Shown: positions 33,419-44,728 of the stretch, in pieces
How positions within the stretch are numbered: the first letter of the stretch is position 1
How the letters are laid out: each line of letters starts with the position of its first letter
Assembly: GCA_963745025.1 (NCBI GenBank)
Contig: CAVUWD010000008.1
Span: forward strand, 96,001-160,000
Direction: 5' to 3'
Length of the DNA stretch: 64,000 bases
DNA from: an uncultured delta proteobacterium
Lineage (GTDB): Bacteria > Desulfobacterota > Binatia > JACPRU01
The notes under the pieces: generated by a model
Seen by the model: the letters and a program-made list of their open reading frames with translations, nothing else
Told to the model about the DNA's origin: nothing
Database searches by the model: none
Position numbers and translations under genes: made by a program

Positions 33419-35355
33419 ACAGAAGTTCCTCGACTTCCCAGTCTTGAAGTCTGGAGGAAGGGTCGAGGAGTCAGGGGGTTAGCGATTTTATGCCCCTGCA
33501 TTGTGTAGCCATGTAGATTCGTGTGTGTGGCTTGAAAAGATGGCATCAATGTGTATAATGCACCCATGCATGTCGATGTGGTGCCGAACCGCGGTTCTCG
33601 CCCGGCGTATCTGCTGCGTGAATCGTTCCGCGAAGGCGCCAAAGTCAGAAAGCGCACCCTCGCCAACCTCTCCTCCCTGCCCGATGAGCAGATCTTCGCC
33701 ATCCGTGCGATCTTGCGAGGCGAGAAGCTTCACCCCGCCGATGAGCTCTTCGAGGCCATTGCCTCGAGGCCTCACGGTCACGTCGAAGCCGTGCGTGTAG
33801 CCATGCAGCAACTCGGTTTCGAGCCGCTCGTGGCCTCACGTGGGTGTCGGGAGCGCGATCTGGTGTGCGCGATGGTGGCCGCTCGCATCATCGCCCCGCA
33901 CACCAAGCTCGCCACCACCCGCTGGTGGCACACCACCACCTTGGCCGAGGACCTCGGTGTGGCCGATGCCGACGAGGACGATCTCTACGCGGCGATGGAC
34001 TGGCTGCTCGAGCGTCAGGGGACGATCGAGAAGAAGCTCGCCACGCGCCATCTCGGCGAGGGGAGCCTGGTGCTGTACGACTTGAGCTCGAGCTACTTCG
34101 AGGGGACGACCTGTTCGCTGGCCAAGCTCGGGCACGATCGCGACGGCAAGAAGGGCAAGCTGCAGGTGAACTACGGGCTGCTCACCGATCGGCGCGGTTG
34201 CCCGGTGGCGGTGTCGGTCTACGACGGCAATACCAGCGACCCCAAGACCCTCATGCCGCAAGTCCACAAGCTCAAGAAGGACTTCGGCATCCAGACCCTG
34301 GTCCTGGTCGGCGACCGAGGGATGATTTCACAGAAGGCCATCGACGAGCTGCGGGAGCAGGACCAAGTCGCCTGGATCACGGCGCTCAAGACCCGTCAGA
34401 TTCGAGCGCTGGTGGAAGGGGGGCAGCTTCAGCTCGGGCTCTTCGACGAGAAGAACCTCTTCGAGCTCTCGCACCCGGACTTTCCTGCCGAGCGCCTGAT
34501 CGCATGCCGCAACCCGCAGCTAGCGAAGCTGCGCAATCACAAGCGGCAGTCCCTGCTCGATGCCACCGAGAAGGAGCTCGAGAAGGTCAGGGGCATGGTC
34601 GAGCGGGGGCGCCTTTCGGGCCGCGACGCTATCGGCGTGCGCGTCGGCAAGGTCGTCAACAAGTACAAGGTCGCCAAGCACTTCGCGCTCGACATCGAGG
34701 AGCACCGCTTCGGCTTCCATCGGCTCGAGGACGACATCGCTTCGGAAGCGGCCCTCGACGGCATCTACATCATCCGCACGAGCCTCGGGAAAAAGCAGAT
34801 GACGGCCGCCGACTGCGTGCGTAACTACAAGTCCCTGGCTCAGGTCGAGCGGGCGTTTCGATCGCTGAAGACCATCGATCTGAAGATCCGCCCCATCCAC
34901 CATCACCTCGCCGACCGCGTCAGAAGCCACATCTTCCTCTGCATGCTCGCCTACTATGTCGAGTGGCACATGCGAGAGGCCTGGCGCCCCTTGCTCTTCG
35001 CCGACGAGGATCCACTCGCCAAGACTACGCGCGATCCGGTGGCGCCCGCCAAGCGCTCCGCGGCCGCCGAAGCCAAGGCCGCCTCTCATCTCCTCGACGA
35101 CGGCACCCCCGCCCACAGCTTCTCCACCCTTCAACAGGAGCTCGCTACCATCGTCCGCAACACCTGCCGCGCCCCCCACGCCGGCGACGACGCCCCAACC
35201 TTCAAGATCACCACTACTCCCAACCCGAAGCAGCGTCGCGCCCTCGAACTCCTCAACGCCATCCACTTGTAGACAGAAACTCGCACACCTGACTCGGCCT
35301 ATCTGCACGAATTATCAAAGGAATCCCCTCGAAGCAGCGAGGAACTTCCGTCTAG
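33415..35355 (+). mobile_element. IS1634-family element copy 2 (transposase 33551-35272)
   Basis: Near-identical CDS to copy 1; IRs ctagacagaagttcctcg / cgaggaacttccgtctag. Confidence 0.95.
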
Positions 35356-35373
35356 TCCCACGTACAGTTTCAT
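35352..35373 (-). pseudogene. Start of the second IS110 transposase (MKLYVGL)
   Basis: gggagga RBS upstream; completes MKLYVG-LDVHSKQ across CTAG. Confidence 0.8.
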
Positions 35374-35889
35374 CGGGTTCATCCTCCCTTCTCGATTGGG
35401 ACACCCCTGCGGTGATCCCGTGGTCCGCCGTAGACCTTACTGCGGCCTGCGGGGAGGACATCCCACCTTCTTCGATACGGTAAATCGCAACACTCTCGCC
35501 GCGCGTTATCGGACCCTGGCACCCGGCCCGCCTGCGAAGCAGCTTTCTCCGCCCTCCGGACAAATAACGAGCATCGTCGTGCGCTTCCCGCAGCCTTCTA
35601 CTCCGATCGTATATTCGGCTCGCTGGACGCCGGAGACGAGAGGCCCTTGGACCGCAGGCTGAGTTATCTCCCTTGAGAGCACTTGCCCCGCCGCCTGCGG
35701 ACTCGCCTTTGGCATTGCGGGAACCCTAGAGTCTCTCTACCTGCTTGCCGGAGGAACGGTCCCGGGGACGATCATCAACGCCATCTATATGCCAACCATA
35801 GAACTGATGTGAGGAGGGAAAGCGGCGACAGGGCGACATTGGTCGGTGCGCCTAGCGCTGGCGTCGCGGGACCTCTCCCTGCGCGGAAC

Positions 35890-36228
35890 TTGAGCATGGC
35901 GTGGCTGGAACGGCGAGCATCGGCCGGTACGTGCCGATGAAGGCCTTCTCGTCCGGCCAGAGGATGTGGGCGGTGTCGCGGATCGCCTGGCCCAGCTCCT
36001 CGACCGACATGTCGATCCAGAACTCGGCGATGCCGTCGTAGGGCGGTGCCTCGTCCCCGCGACCAGCCGCGCGTGTCGAGTGGTAGGCCGACGTTGGTCA
36101 CGTACTTGATGATTTTGTCCCCGAAAGTCTTCTTGACGAGCGGCGCATGGACTTCCGTCCAGTGGCGGACCGCTTGTTCGTGCGTCATATCGGGCCGGCG
36201 CGTCCAAAGCTCGAAGAGCTTGATAATG
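35890..36228 (-). pseudogene. EthD-domain protein, frameshifted
   Basis: RRPDMTHEQ--RHW-EVHAPL; PPYDGIAEFW in another frame. Confidence 0.75.
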
Positions 36229-36390
36229 GATTCGTTCCTTCGTTCGTCGTCCGCATCTCAGTTCCACAGCCGGCTCGTCAAGGCGATCCGGGCTTCGGAT
36301 GAAGTCGCGAAGCCCAAATCATGCTATGAGCCAACCGCCCTCGGGAGGGGTCTTACCGCGCAAGCGAGAACCGTAACGACCGCGACAGGT

Positions 36391-37053
36391 TTGGTCCACG
36401 TAGCGGGCATCAAGGACCTTGCAGAGGCAAAGATGCTCGTCGAGTGCGGCGTCTCGTTTCTGGGTTTCCCGCTGGTTCTCGACGTTAACCGGGAGGACCT
36501 CACGGTGAACGAGGCCGCAGCAATCGTGGCGGCGATGCGCAGTCGCGCCACGTTCTTTCTGATCACGTACCTGGCTCGCTCGGCGGAGATTCTGGACCTT
36601 TGCCAGCGGTTGGGGGTTGGCATGGTGCAACTGCATGCCGCTACTGACGTAGCGGACCTCAAGCGTCTGCGCGAGAAGCGGCCGGGGCTCCGTATTGTGA
36701 AGAGCCTCATCGTGCATTCCGACAATTGCGATGAGCTGGCGGATGAAGTGGAGCGCTTCGCGCCGTGGGTCGATGCGTTCATCACCGATACGTACGACCC
36801 TGCCACCGGCGCGAGCGGCGCAACGGGCAAGACCCACGACTGGTCGGTGAGCCGTCGGTTGGTACGCCTGTCGCCGAGGCCGATCGTCCTGGCCGGTGGG
36901 CTCAATCCCGGAAACGTTCGTGCGGCGATCGCCGCCGTGCGCCCCGCCGGAGTCGACGTACACACCGGCATCGAGGGGCCCGACGGGCGCAAACGCGGGG
37001 ATCTGACCGAGCAGTTCGTAGCGGAGGCCCAGGCAGGGTTCGCGCGTGGGTGA
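36391..37053 (+). CDS. trpF: Phosphoribosylanthranilate isomerase (start uncertain)
   Basis: VQLH, GATGKTHDW, LAGGLNPGNV, GVDVHTGIE. Confidence 0.85.
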   Translation: MVHVAGIKDLAEAKMLVECGVSFLGFPLVLDVNREDLTVNEAAAIVAAMRSRATFFLITYLARSAEILDLCQRLGVGMVQLHAATDVADLKRLREKRPGLRIVKSLIVHSDNCDELADEVERFAPWVDAFITDTYDPATGASGATGKTHDWSVSRRLVRLSPRPIVLAGGLNPGNVRAAIAAVRPAGVDVHTGIEGPDGRKRGDLTEQFVAEAQAGFARG

Positions 37054-37379
37054 GGGCGGAGGCCTTGCCCGTAGTCCAACACCGCATTTGCCGCAAAAAC
37101 GCTCGTCCGGCTGATTGCTCGCGCCGCACCCGAACGCGATCGCGCTTCGGATCGGCGGGAGGCTCATAGAAGTATTGCGAAGTGACGTCGCCGGGATTCT
37201 CGCCGACGATGAGGCATCGGAGAGGCTTTGGCATCCATCGACGCTCAACCTGCCAGCGATCCCAAGGGTGAGAAGCAGCATCACAACAGCTAGCCATCGA
37301 GATCTCTCCCTAGCGGCCGTCTAGTACCTCCAGGCCGGAGAAGTCGAGTCTCTTGCTCACCTCTCGCATCCCGGTAGGT

Positions 37380-37530
37380 CCCCGGTCCTGGCGGCGATTG
37401 AATCCGCGACCAGCTCGTCGAGCTCATCGGTGATCGTCGTCTCCGCGTAGTGTGGTGCTCGATCATCTCCAGACGGGTTCCGGTCTGCCGGGCGACGAAG
37501 AGCGCATCAACACCGCCGACGTCAACGAGA
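37380..37530 (-). pseudogene. Tyrosine integrase C-terminal remnant
   Basis: LFVARQTGTRLEMIEHH. Confidence 0.6.
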
Positions 37531-37866
37531 GTGCTGAAGATACAGCGACCGTCTCCGCCCATCGGCATCCGTGGGCGCCGATTCTTCGAGGTCATCGTTC
37601 ACAGCCGCATCCGGGTCGGCTTGCGGCAAGACGTTGAGCGTCGACCGGCCCTGATTCGGCATGATCTGCAGCGGCCGCTTCTCGAGCATCAAAGAGGGTG
37701 GCGGGACTTGCACCTCGGGTCGACGCAGCTTCGGTCCGGAGGGGGTGGGGACCACGAGTGGACGTGGCTCGGAGTCCATGACTCCAGCCACCACGCCACG
37801 GGCCGAGAGCAACGACAGCCATCCGATGGTCAGACCCCTCAATAGGCGCCGCACTGGACGTTCCAT
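37522..37866 (-). CDS. Hypothetical Pro-rich secreted protein
   Basis: Signal-like N-terminus only. Confidence 0.3.
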   Translation of the reverse strand: MERPVRRLLRGLTIGWLSLLSARGVVAGVMDSEPRPLVVPTPSGPKLRRPEVQVPPPSLMLEKRPLQIMPNQGRSTLNVLPQADPDAAVNDDLEESAPTDADGRRRSLYLQHSR

Positions 37867-38059
37867 CCCGCTGTGACGAGGTCAGCGTCGATCCGCTCGC
37901 GGGCTGCCGCTTCCGGGCCCTTGGGCGGGGTCATGGGGAGCCGCTCGGGGTTTCAGGCGTTGCGGCCATCGAGAGTCGGATCTTACCGAGGCCGCGCTAC
38001 GCCGCTCAAGTCTCGCAGCAGGTGCTTACGGAGCGGCTGAACCAGCAGGGGTGAACGGA

Positions 38060-38320
38060 ACTGACCGCTGAGCATCTTGAGCGTCTCGGGGCAGACTCGA
38101 AGCTGCTCGTATACGCCCTTGGTGAGCACGACCAACGTGGCGCCGTGCTCCAGCAACTCGGTGACCTCGTAGGGCTGGATTTCGGGCACGTGAGCAGTAT
38201 CGGTCTCCGACCAGTCCCACTCTCTCGCTCCGCCGGGAAAGAGCTTGGCGTCCTTGAATGCGGGCCGACCCTCGACCTCGAGGTGGCCCCAGGAAAGACG
38301 GGTGATCTTCGGAGAACGAG
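38060..38320 (-). pseudogene. Mth938/AAMDC-like protein, truncated
   Basis: SPKITRLSWG, FKDAKLFPGG-REWDW-ET. Confidence 0.8.
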
Positions 38321-38355
38321 CGCTGCGGACAGACGATCGTGCTCCGAGGCCGCGA

Positions 38356-38560
38356 CTACGCCGCTCGGCGTGGAACGTATGCATCGTGTTCCGCAGAGAG
38401 GGTGTGCTCAGGCTGCCGTTTCTCGATCCATGCCTCTATGGCCGACCACTTGAAAATCGGCCGCCCGGGCCGCTTCCCTCGACCTGGCGTGCGGAAAAAG
38501 TGCGTACCTTCGATCAACTCGCCGCGGTGCATGTAGGCGCGGATCGCCGCCGCACTTAGG
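38356..38560 (-). CDS. Excisionase-like small DNA-binding protein
   Basis: AIRAYMHRGELIEGTHFF...PIFKWSAIEAWI. Confidence 0.6.
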
Positions 38561-38579
38561 GTGAGCGTAGAAGCGCACC

Positions 38580-38690
38580 ACATGTCTCGACGCGGTCGCC
38601 GACCTCGGCGGCGATCTCGGTAAGTGGCTTGCCGGCCTTGAGCGAACGGGTCACGAACGAGTGGCGGAGATCATAGAGCCCGTGCGCAAG
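38580..38690 (-). pseudogene. Tyrosine integrase C-terminal remnant
   Basis: GLYDLRHSFVTRSLKAG. Confidence 0.7.
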
Positions 38691-39495
38691 CCCGGGTTGC
38701 CAGGAGCGTATCCAACCCGACACTCGTCCACCCGCGATCGTCGAGCAGGCGCAGTAGCTCCGGCAGAGCCCGCACGGACGCCGGTTCGAAGTCGTCGTGC
38801 TCGGAGGCATCGTGGAGCATCACGATGGCACCGTCGGTCACGCTGCGCGCGACGCGCGCAACGACGGCCTCCGACGTTCGCCCCCGGATGCCGTCGAGGC
38901 CTCGGGTGGACCAGCCGACGACGACCATCCCCGCGCGACGCACGCCCCAGGTGGTGGTGATGCTCGTGTGACCGAGCGGCGGACGGAAGAAGCGGGGGCG
39001 GAGGCCCGTCGCGTGCTCGACTGCCCTCGCCGCCCGGAGGAGCTCGTCGTGCACGCGCCACGGCATGCGGAAGGCGTGGAACCGGTCGTGACGATCGCCA
39101 TGCACCCCGAGCGTATGGCCGGCCGCATGAATCTCCCGAACCACGTCCGGATGACGACGCGCCTTCGCGCCTAGCACGAAGAACGTCGCGCGATGGCGGG
39201 TCGCGGCGAGCACGGCGAGAATACGGCGCGTCGTCACCGGATGCGGCCCGTCGTCGAACGTTAACGCCACTGACCGCCGACCGGCGGGACCACGCGATAC
39301 GATCGGGCCGTACATCTCGAGCCTCGGGAAGAATACCCCGACGGTGGCAACGGCGTACCACGCGGCAGACATGGCCCCGAGCCGTAGCAGATCGAGCTGA
39401 CCGCGCACGGCGGCCAGCCCGGCCAACATCCCGAGCGCCGTGCTCCACGCGAGAAATGCGATGCGAGCCGGGCTGCGTGTGCATCCCGTGACCAT
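38671..39495 (-). CDS. Polysaccharide deacetylase (NodB family)
   Basis: ALTFDDGP, ATFFVLG, FRPP-G, IVMLHD. Confidence 0.9.
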   Translation of the reverse strand: MVTGCTRSPARIAFLAWSTALGMLAGLAAVRGQLDLLRLGAMSAAWYAVATVGVFFPRLEMYGPIVSRGPAGRRSVALTFDDGPHPVTTRRILAVLAATRHRATFFVLGAKARRHPDVVREIHAAGHTLGVHGDRHDRFHAFRMPWRVHDELLRAARAVEHATGLRPRFFRPPLGHTSITTTWGVRRAGMVVVGWSTRGLDGIRGRTSEAVVARVARSVTDGAIVMLHDASEHDDFEPASVRALPELLRLLDDRGWTSVGLDTLLATRACARAL

Positions 39496-39693
39496 ATTTC
39501 TGGAGAGGCCGCCCCGTCTCCCCCATCGTCGTTTCAGATTACCGAATTCGCGCATAGACGGCATCGGCAGATGGGGATCGCCGGGCGGTTTGACCTGCGC
39601 AGCGCCGCGTTCGAAGCGACGATGCGTTTCTGCGAGCGACTCGTGCGACCGAAGCCGGCACAACGGCTGATCTTCGACGACACGTGGCCTCCG

Positions 39694-40434
39694 TCACGGC
39701 CGGCGGCAGGCGAGCAGCAGCTCGCCGACGCCCGCGACGTCGATCAGGCCGGTACGCCACTCGAGCCGCCGCTGGATCAGGAGTCCGAGGGGAAGCAGTA
39801 CGGCATTGTACCAACGCAACGCCCGCACGCGCCGCTTGGTGAGGCCCCACACCGCGAAGTCGAGCAGCCATCGGCTCCGCAGCTCCATCCCGAATACGGC
39901 GGTGCGCTCGAGCACCAAGCCGTGCTCGCGCAGGAGGACGAGGAGGTGGTCGGGCTCGTAGCGCCGTACGTGACCGACTAGTGCGTCGAACGCGGTCCAG
40001 CGGACCTGATGGAGCGGCGCGGAAAGCACCACGCTGGCGCCACGCCTCGCGACGCGGCTCAGCTCGGCGAACACCCGGCGGTCGTCTTCCACGTGCTCTA
40101 CGATGTCGAAGGCGCACACGAGATCGAACACCCGATCGCGGTAGGGGAGCGCGGTGACATCGCTCAGCGTCGCGAGGCCGCCGCGCTCCCGCAGCCGCGC
40201 GAGCGCCGGTGCGCTGACGTCGACGAAGTGCGTGCCGCACACCGGTAGCCGAGGATGCAGACCCGGACCGACCTCGAGCCGAGCGGTCGCCATGGCAGCA
40301 AGCACGGAAAGTTCCGGCCACGTATTGAAGCGGTGCGGGGGGACCAGGTACCCCGCCGACCAGAGCGTGTCGTAGAAGCGACGATTGGCCGCCCGTACCC
40401 TACGCGCCGCATCGGTATCCTCGGGCAATGACAT
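39694..40434 (-). CDS. Class I SAM-dependent methyltransferase
   Basis: LEVGPG, LPY-D--FDLVCAFDIVEHV. Confidence 0.88.
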   Translation of the reverse strand: MSLPEDTDAARRVRAANRRFYDTLWSAGYLVPPHRFNTWPELSVLAAMATARLEVGPGLHPRLPVCGTHFVDVSAPALARLRERGGLATLSDVTALPYRDRVFDLVCAFDIVEHVEDDRRVFAELSRVARRGASVVLSAPLHQVRWTAFDALVGHVRRYEPDHLLVLLREHGLVLERTAVFGMELRSRWLLDFAVWGLTKRRVRALRWYNAVLLPLGLLIQRRLEWRTGLIDVAGVGELLLACRRP

Positions 40435-40804
40435 GAAGTCGAGCGCGGCGGACCGCCTCTGGGCCTATCTAGCGGCGTTCGACGGCGCCGAAAAGGCCTT
40501 TCTCGCGGCGGAGCTCGTGGCCCCGAGAAATCTCGACCGTCTTCCCGTGCCCCTGTTTCGTTGACAACCCCTACTAGCTCGGCTGGGCCGGTTGATTAGC
40601 CCGCCGGCGCATTCTCGCCCCCTGAGATCGCCAGAGGCTCGCAAGCAATCGCTGAGAACCCGTAGGGGGCACGAGGGGTTAAGCCTCGGTCGCTGACCGG
40701 AAATCAGCGGGTCCGCTCCACGGTCGAGACGCGCTCGCGCAGGTGCGGAGGATACGATAGTGGTACGTTGCAGAGCCATTGTTGGCGAACGGAGGAGGAC
40801 CGAT

Positions 40805-41425
40805 ATGACCATGCGGTCGAATCGAATGTGCGCACTGCTCATCATGCTCGGGGTCGTGGCCGCCGTGGGTGAGTCGGTACCAACCCACGCTGAGGACACG
40901 GAACAGATGATCACCTTGAACCCGGAGACATTGAAGTTTACGCCGATCCCCGACATGCCCGCCTGTGCGTCTGCGGCGATTCTTCGCGGCAATCCGCGCT
41001 GTGGGCCAGCATGGGTGCTCCTGAAGCTGGCTTCAGGCTGCCGAGTCCCGTGGCACTGGCACACGGCGAACGAGACTCTGGTGGTCATCAGCGGGCGGGG
41101 TACCGTGGCGATGAAGGACGGTCCGCCCCTCCAGTTCGTGCCCGGCGCATACGCCTCCCTGCCCAGTCATCACATGCACCAGGCCAGCTGCTCTCGCACG
41201 TGTCTGCTCTTCAACGGCGCCGATGCTGCCTTCGACATCCACTACGTGGATGCGAGCGGGGAAGAGATCTCCGCCGACGAGGCACTGAGACGTCCGCAAG
41301 GGCGAAGGGGAAGAAGAAATGACGGGTCATCCGCCCGCTCCGCGCCGTCGGGTGAAGATACCGGTCCAGCCACGCAAGGGTGGCCTGCCATGCGTGGGTC
41401 GCCTGCTGCGGCTGACGGAAGTTGA
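40805..41425 (+). CDS. Secreted cupin-domain protein (3' end uncertain)
   Basis: PWHWHT-E...VISG, H-H motifs. Confidence 0.8.
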   Translation: MTMRSNRMCALLIMLGVVAAVGESVPTHAEDTEQMITLNPETLKFTPIPDMPACASAAILRGNPRCGPAWVLLKLASGCRVPWHWHTANETLVVISGRGTVAMKDGPPLQFVPGAYASLPSHHMHQASCSRTCLLFNGADAAFDIHYVDASGEEISADEALRRPQGRRGRRNDGSSARSAPSGEDTGPATQGWPAMRGSPAAADGS

Positions 41426-42200
41426 ACAGGCGCCCTCCGTCAGGCACGACCAGCACCTCCGTGGTGTCGCCGGAGGCCTTCAGACGTTCGGCCATGCGCT
41501 CCGATTCCTCCAGGGGGCAGCAGCGTATCGTGTGCTCCGTGCACGAACAGGACGGGGGCGCGAACGAACTCGGCCATGTACAAGGGCGATGCCAGCCGTA
41601 GCATCGTTTGGAAGTCGTCGTCGTTGGAAGCGCCGGATTCGACCCGCATCTGCCAGCGCGCCAAGGCGAAGAGAGCGCGTGCAAGAGAGGCCGGAGCGCT
41701 CGCCCGCATACCAATACGGGAAAGTCGGTGATCGGGTAGTAGGCCACGACCGCCTTGATGCGATCGGGATCATGCGCGGCCATGAGCAAGCTGACGACCG
41801 CGCCTTCCGAGAAGCCGAGCGCACCGATGCGGTTCTGATCGACCTCCGGGTATGCGCGCGTCGCATCGATGATCAACGTGAGGTCGCCGGTCGATTGCCA
41901 GGCGAACATGCTCGGGCGGTATTTCCCCTCGATGCGGCGTTGATAGTCAGCGGCGATCGCGACGTATCCGCGCGCCGCGAGATCCCAGATCACTCCGTGC
42001 ATGTCGGAGGCTGTCGCCTCTTCCTCCGGAAGAACGATCACCGTGGGGAACGGTCCTATACCGGGCGGACGCGCCCCCTCGATGTGCACCTTGAGCTCAT
42101 CGCGGGCGAAGTCGGCCGACCAGACGATTACCTCCGGAGCCGCTTGGGGGGGATGGATGAGATGGTGATTCGTCTGCGCACAACCCACGAGAAGGATCAT
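41327..42200 (-). pseudogene. Dienelactone hydrolase/peptidase S9-like lipoprotein, frameshifted
   Basis: GALGFSEGA; PVLFVHGAHD in shifted frame. Confidence 0.78.
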
Positions 42201-42459
42201 GCCGATTCCGAGCAAGGTCGGCGCGCGAGCACGGATCCCTCGCCGCCATCTTGGCGGGTCGTCGTCTCGGTGGACCAGTCCCGACGGCAGGGAGGGTGGT
42301 CGATCCGAGACAGCGCGACACGTCTGGGGACCGTCCGTGATCATGGAACCTCACCTTCCAGCCGGAGCGCGTCACTCCATGCATTCCCGGTGACGATCCG
42401 TTGCAGCCCGCTTTCCCACGCAGCTACGGTGGCGTCATGTATCTGCCCACTTCATGCGT

Positions 42460-42705
42460 CGGGTCCACGCCTCCAGAAGGCCGAGAATTGCAAGTGAGCA
42501 CAGAATCCGTACCGACAATAGTGTAGTGCGGTCTTTCAATCTGAAGAAGATCGGCTCGCCGGGCGCCATCGTCTTCATCGGCCGGATTGACTTGGGTGAC
42601 CAGAAATTGACCTCGTCCATGCGTCCGCGCTCCGCATGCGCGAACAAGAAATCGAACCACGCCTTGTCCGTGAGCGCGATGCAGGGCTGGAGCGCCAATA
42701 CGACT
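42460..42705 (-). pseudogene. N-terminal fragment of an HNH restriction-type endonuclease
   Basis: IALTDKAWFDFL...EVNFWSP...GEPIFFRLK. Confidence 0.6.
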
Positions 42706-43059
42706 CCCTCGCCAAGGCATATCAACGTCCGGGACGAGCTTTCCAGTTTTTGCGGCGAGGTAGCCGCCGTGGTATCCGCTCGTGAGTGGGGGTCGGCCAC
42801 CACCATGCTGGGCTACCAGGGTCGCCGGCCTTCGCTCTACGACCTCACCGAGGAGATCAAGCGCGTCGACGTGCCGACGCCGCAGCGCGCTGTCACCCCC
42901 AATCAATCATGTAGGACAGCAGGCGCGGGTCTGCGGCGTCGTCGCGAGTGCGCAGCTAGCGGCCGACGCGCGGGAGCTCCTCGAGCAAGGAGTCCACGTC
43001 TGTCGTGCTGAGCAGGGGGATGTACCGGCGCCACGCGCGCGCCCACGCCGAGAACGCGA

Positions 43060-43884
43060 TGGCGTCCATTCGACGACCTGGACCTGCGAGAGCTTCGCCG
43101 AGCTCTACGGGCGATACCTTCCGGGTTGGCGGAACGACCCGTTCTCGCTCCGCTACGCGATCGGCATCCCGAAGGCCGAGATCTGGGAGGCGCACGCGGA
43201 GGCCAAGAGGCGGCTCCTCGACGAGGCGGCGAGGCACGGCCACTCTGGACTCCGCTACGAGGCGTTCACGATCGGGTTCGCGCGCCGGGCAGCGTACAAG
43301 CGCGCTGACCTCGTCTTCTCCGACCCGGGGCGCCTTGCGGCCATCGCCGAGGTTGTCGGACCGCTTAGCTCGTCTTCGCAGGAAAGGCACACCCGCGCGA
43401 CGCAGAGGGGAAAGATCTCATCCGGCGGGTATTCCGCTTCGCAAACCACCTCCGCGGCCGCGTCACCGTCGTCTATCTCGCCGAGTATGATCTCGAGCTC
43501 GCGAAGCTTGTCGTCTCCGGGGTCGACCTCTGGCTGAACACGCCCCTGGCGCCGCTCGAGGCTTCGGGTACCTCGGGCATGAAAGCGGCGCACAATGGCG
43601 TGCCGAGCCTGAGCACGCTCGACGGTTGGTGGGTCGAGGGGCACGTCGAAGGAGTGACCGGCTGGTCGATCGGCGGCGGGCCGGAGGCTTCGAGCCCTGC
43701 GGAGGAGCGGAGGAAGCAGGATGCGGACGACCTCTATCGGAAGCTCGGCGAAATCATCGTGCCGATGTTCTACCGCGATCGCGAGCGCTGGCTCGACGTG
43801 ATGCGCCAGACGATCGCGTTCAACGCCTCGTTCTTCAACACCCATAGGATGGTTCAGCAGTATGTCGCCAACGCATACCTATAG
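43060..43884 (+). pseudogene. glgP: Alpha-glucan phosphorylase 3' fragment, frameshifted
   Basis: IGFARR-A-YKR, EASGTSGMKAAHNGVPSLSTLDGWW, FFNTHRMV. Confidence 0.88.
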
Positions 43885-44198
43885 TCGTCGGTCGCGCTCG
43901 GAGGCCGGCGAGGTTGAGTCGCTCGCCGCCCTTCTCGACGAGAAGGGAGAGGTCAGTTGAGCAGAGGCAACATGCCCTGCGGATCTCAGCGAGTTTACCG
44001 CCGAAACAGGCACGCCGACCATCGCGGCCGGCTTACCCGGCTCCCGCCTTTGGGAACCCGGCGAGCGTTCCTTCCCAATTTGCAGAAGGACAGAAGCTGA
44101 GGCTGCAGAAATCCGTGATCTCGGAGCGGTATAACCCTTGCGAGGGCTATCCTTGTCCGCATCCCGCGGACCAGAACAGGGTAAAGGAGATTGGGAAA

Positions 44199-44570
44199 AT
44201 GAGCAGATTCCAAAGACGCATAGGGCTCGTCGTGTTGGTCTTCGCGGCGCTATCGCTCGCGGCCACGAGAAGCTTTGCTGCCGAAGACTTCGACGTCGAC
44301 AAGGCAATCGCCACGGCCAAGACCCCCGCGGACCATGAGGCCATCGCGGCCTATTACGACAAGGAGGCGGCAGAGGCCCAGGCGAAGGCCGAAAGCCACT
44401 CCAAGATGGGAGAGGAGTACAAGAAGGCGAGCGGCCATTTGACAGAGAAGTTGCACATCGACCAGCACTGCGAGCGGTTGACCAAGAGCTACGCGAGAGC
44501 AGCAGACGAAGCGAAGGCGCTCGCGGCCGCTCACCGCGAGATGGCGAAGCAGGCAGAGAAGCAAAAGTAG
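44199..44570 (+). CDS. Secreted helical hypothetical protein
   Basis: RBS aaggag, signal peptide, AKTPADHEAIAAYY. Confidence 0.75.
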   Translation: MSRFQRRIGLVVLVFAALSLAATRSFAAEDFDVDKAIATAKTPADHEAIAAYYDKEAAEAQAKAESHSKMGEEYKKASGHLTEKLHIDQHCERLTKSYARAADEAKALAAAHREMAKQAEKQK

Positions 44571-44728
44571 TCGTCGCGAAGGACGTGGCGATACCGGAGG
44601 TCGCTACGGGAATCGTCGGCTGGATCGAACGAACCGCTCGGAGCGATCTTCCGACCGTTCCTCGTCGGCAGCGATGAGCGATCTCGTTTTCACGAGCCCT
44701 TTTTGCTGACAGGAAGGAGCATGTCGCA

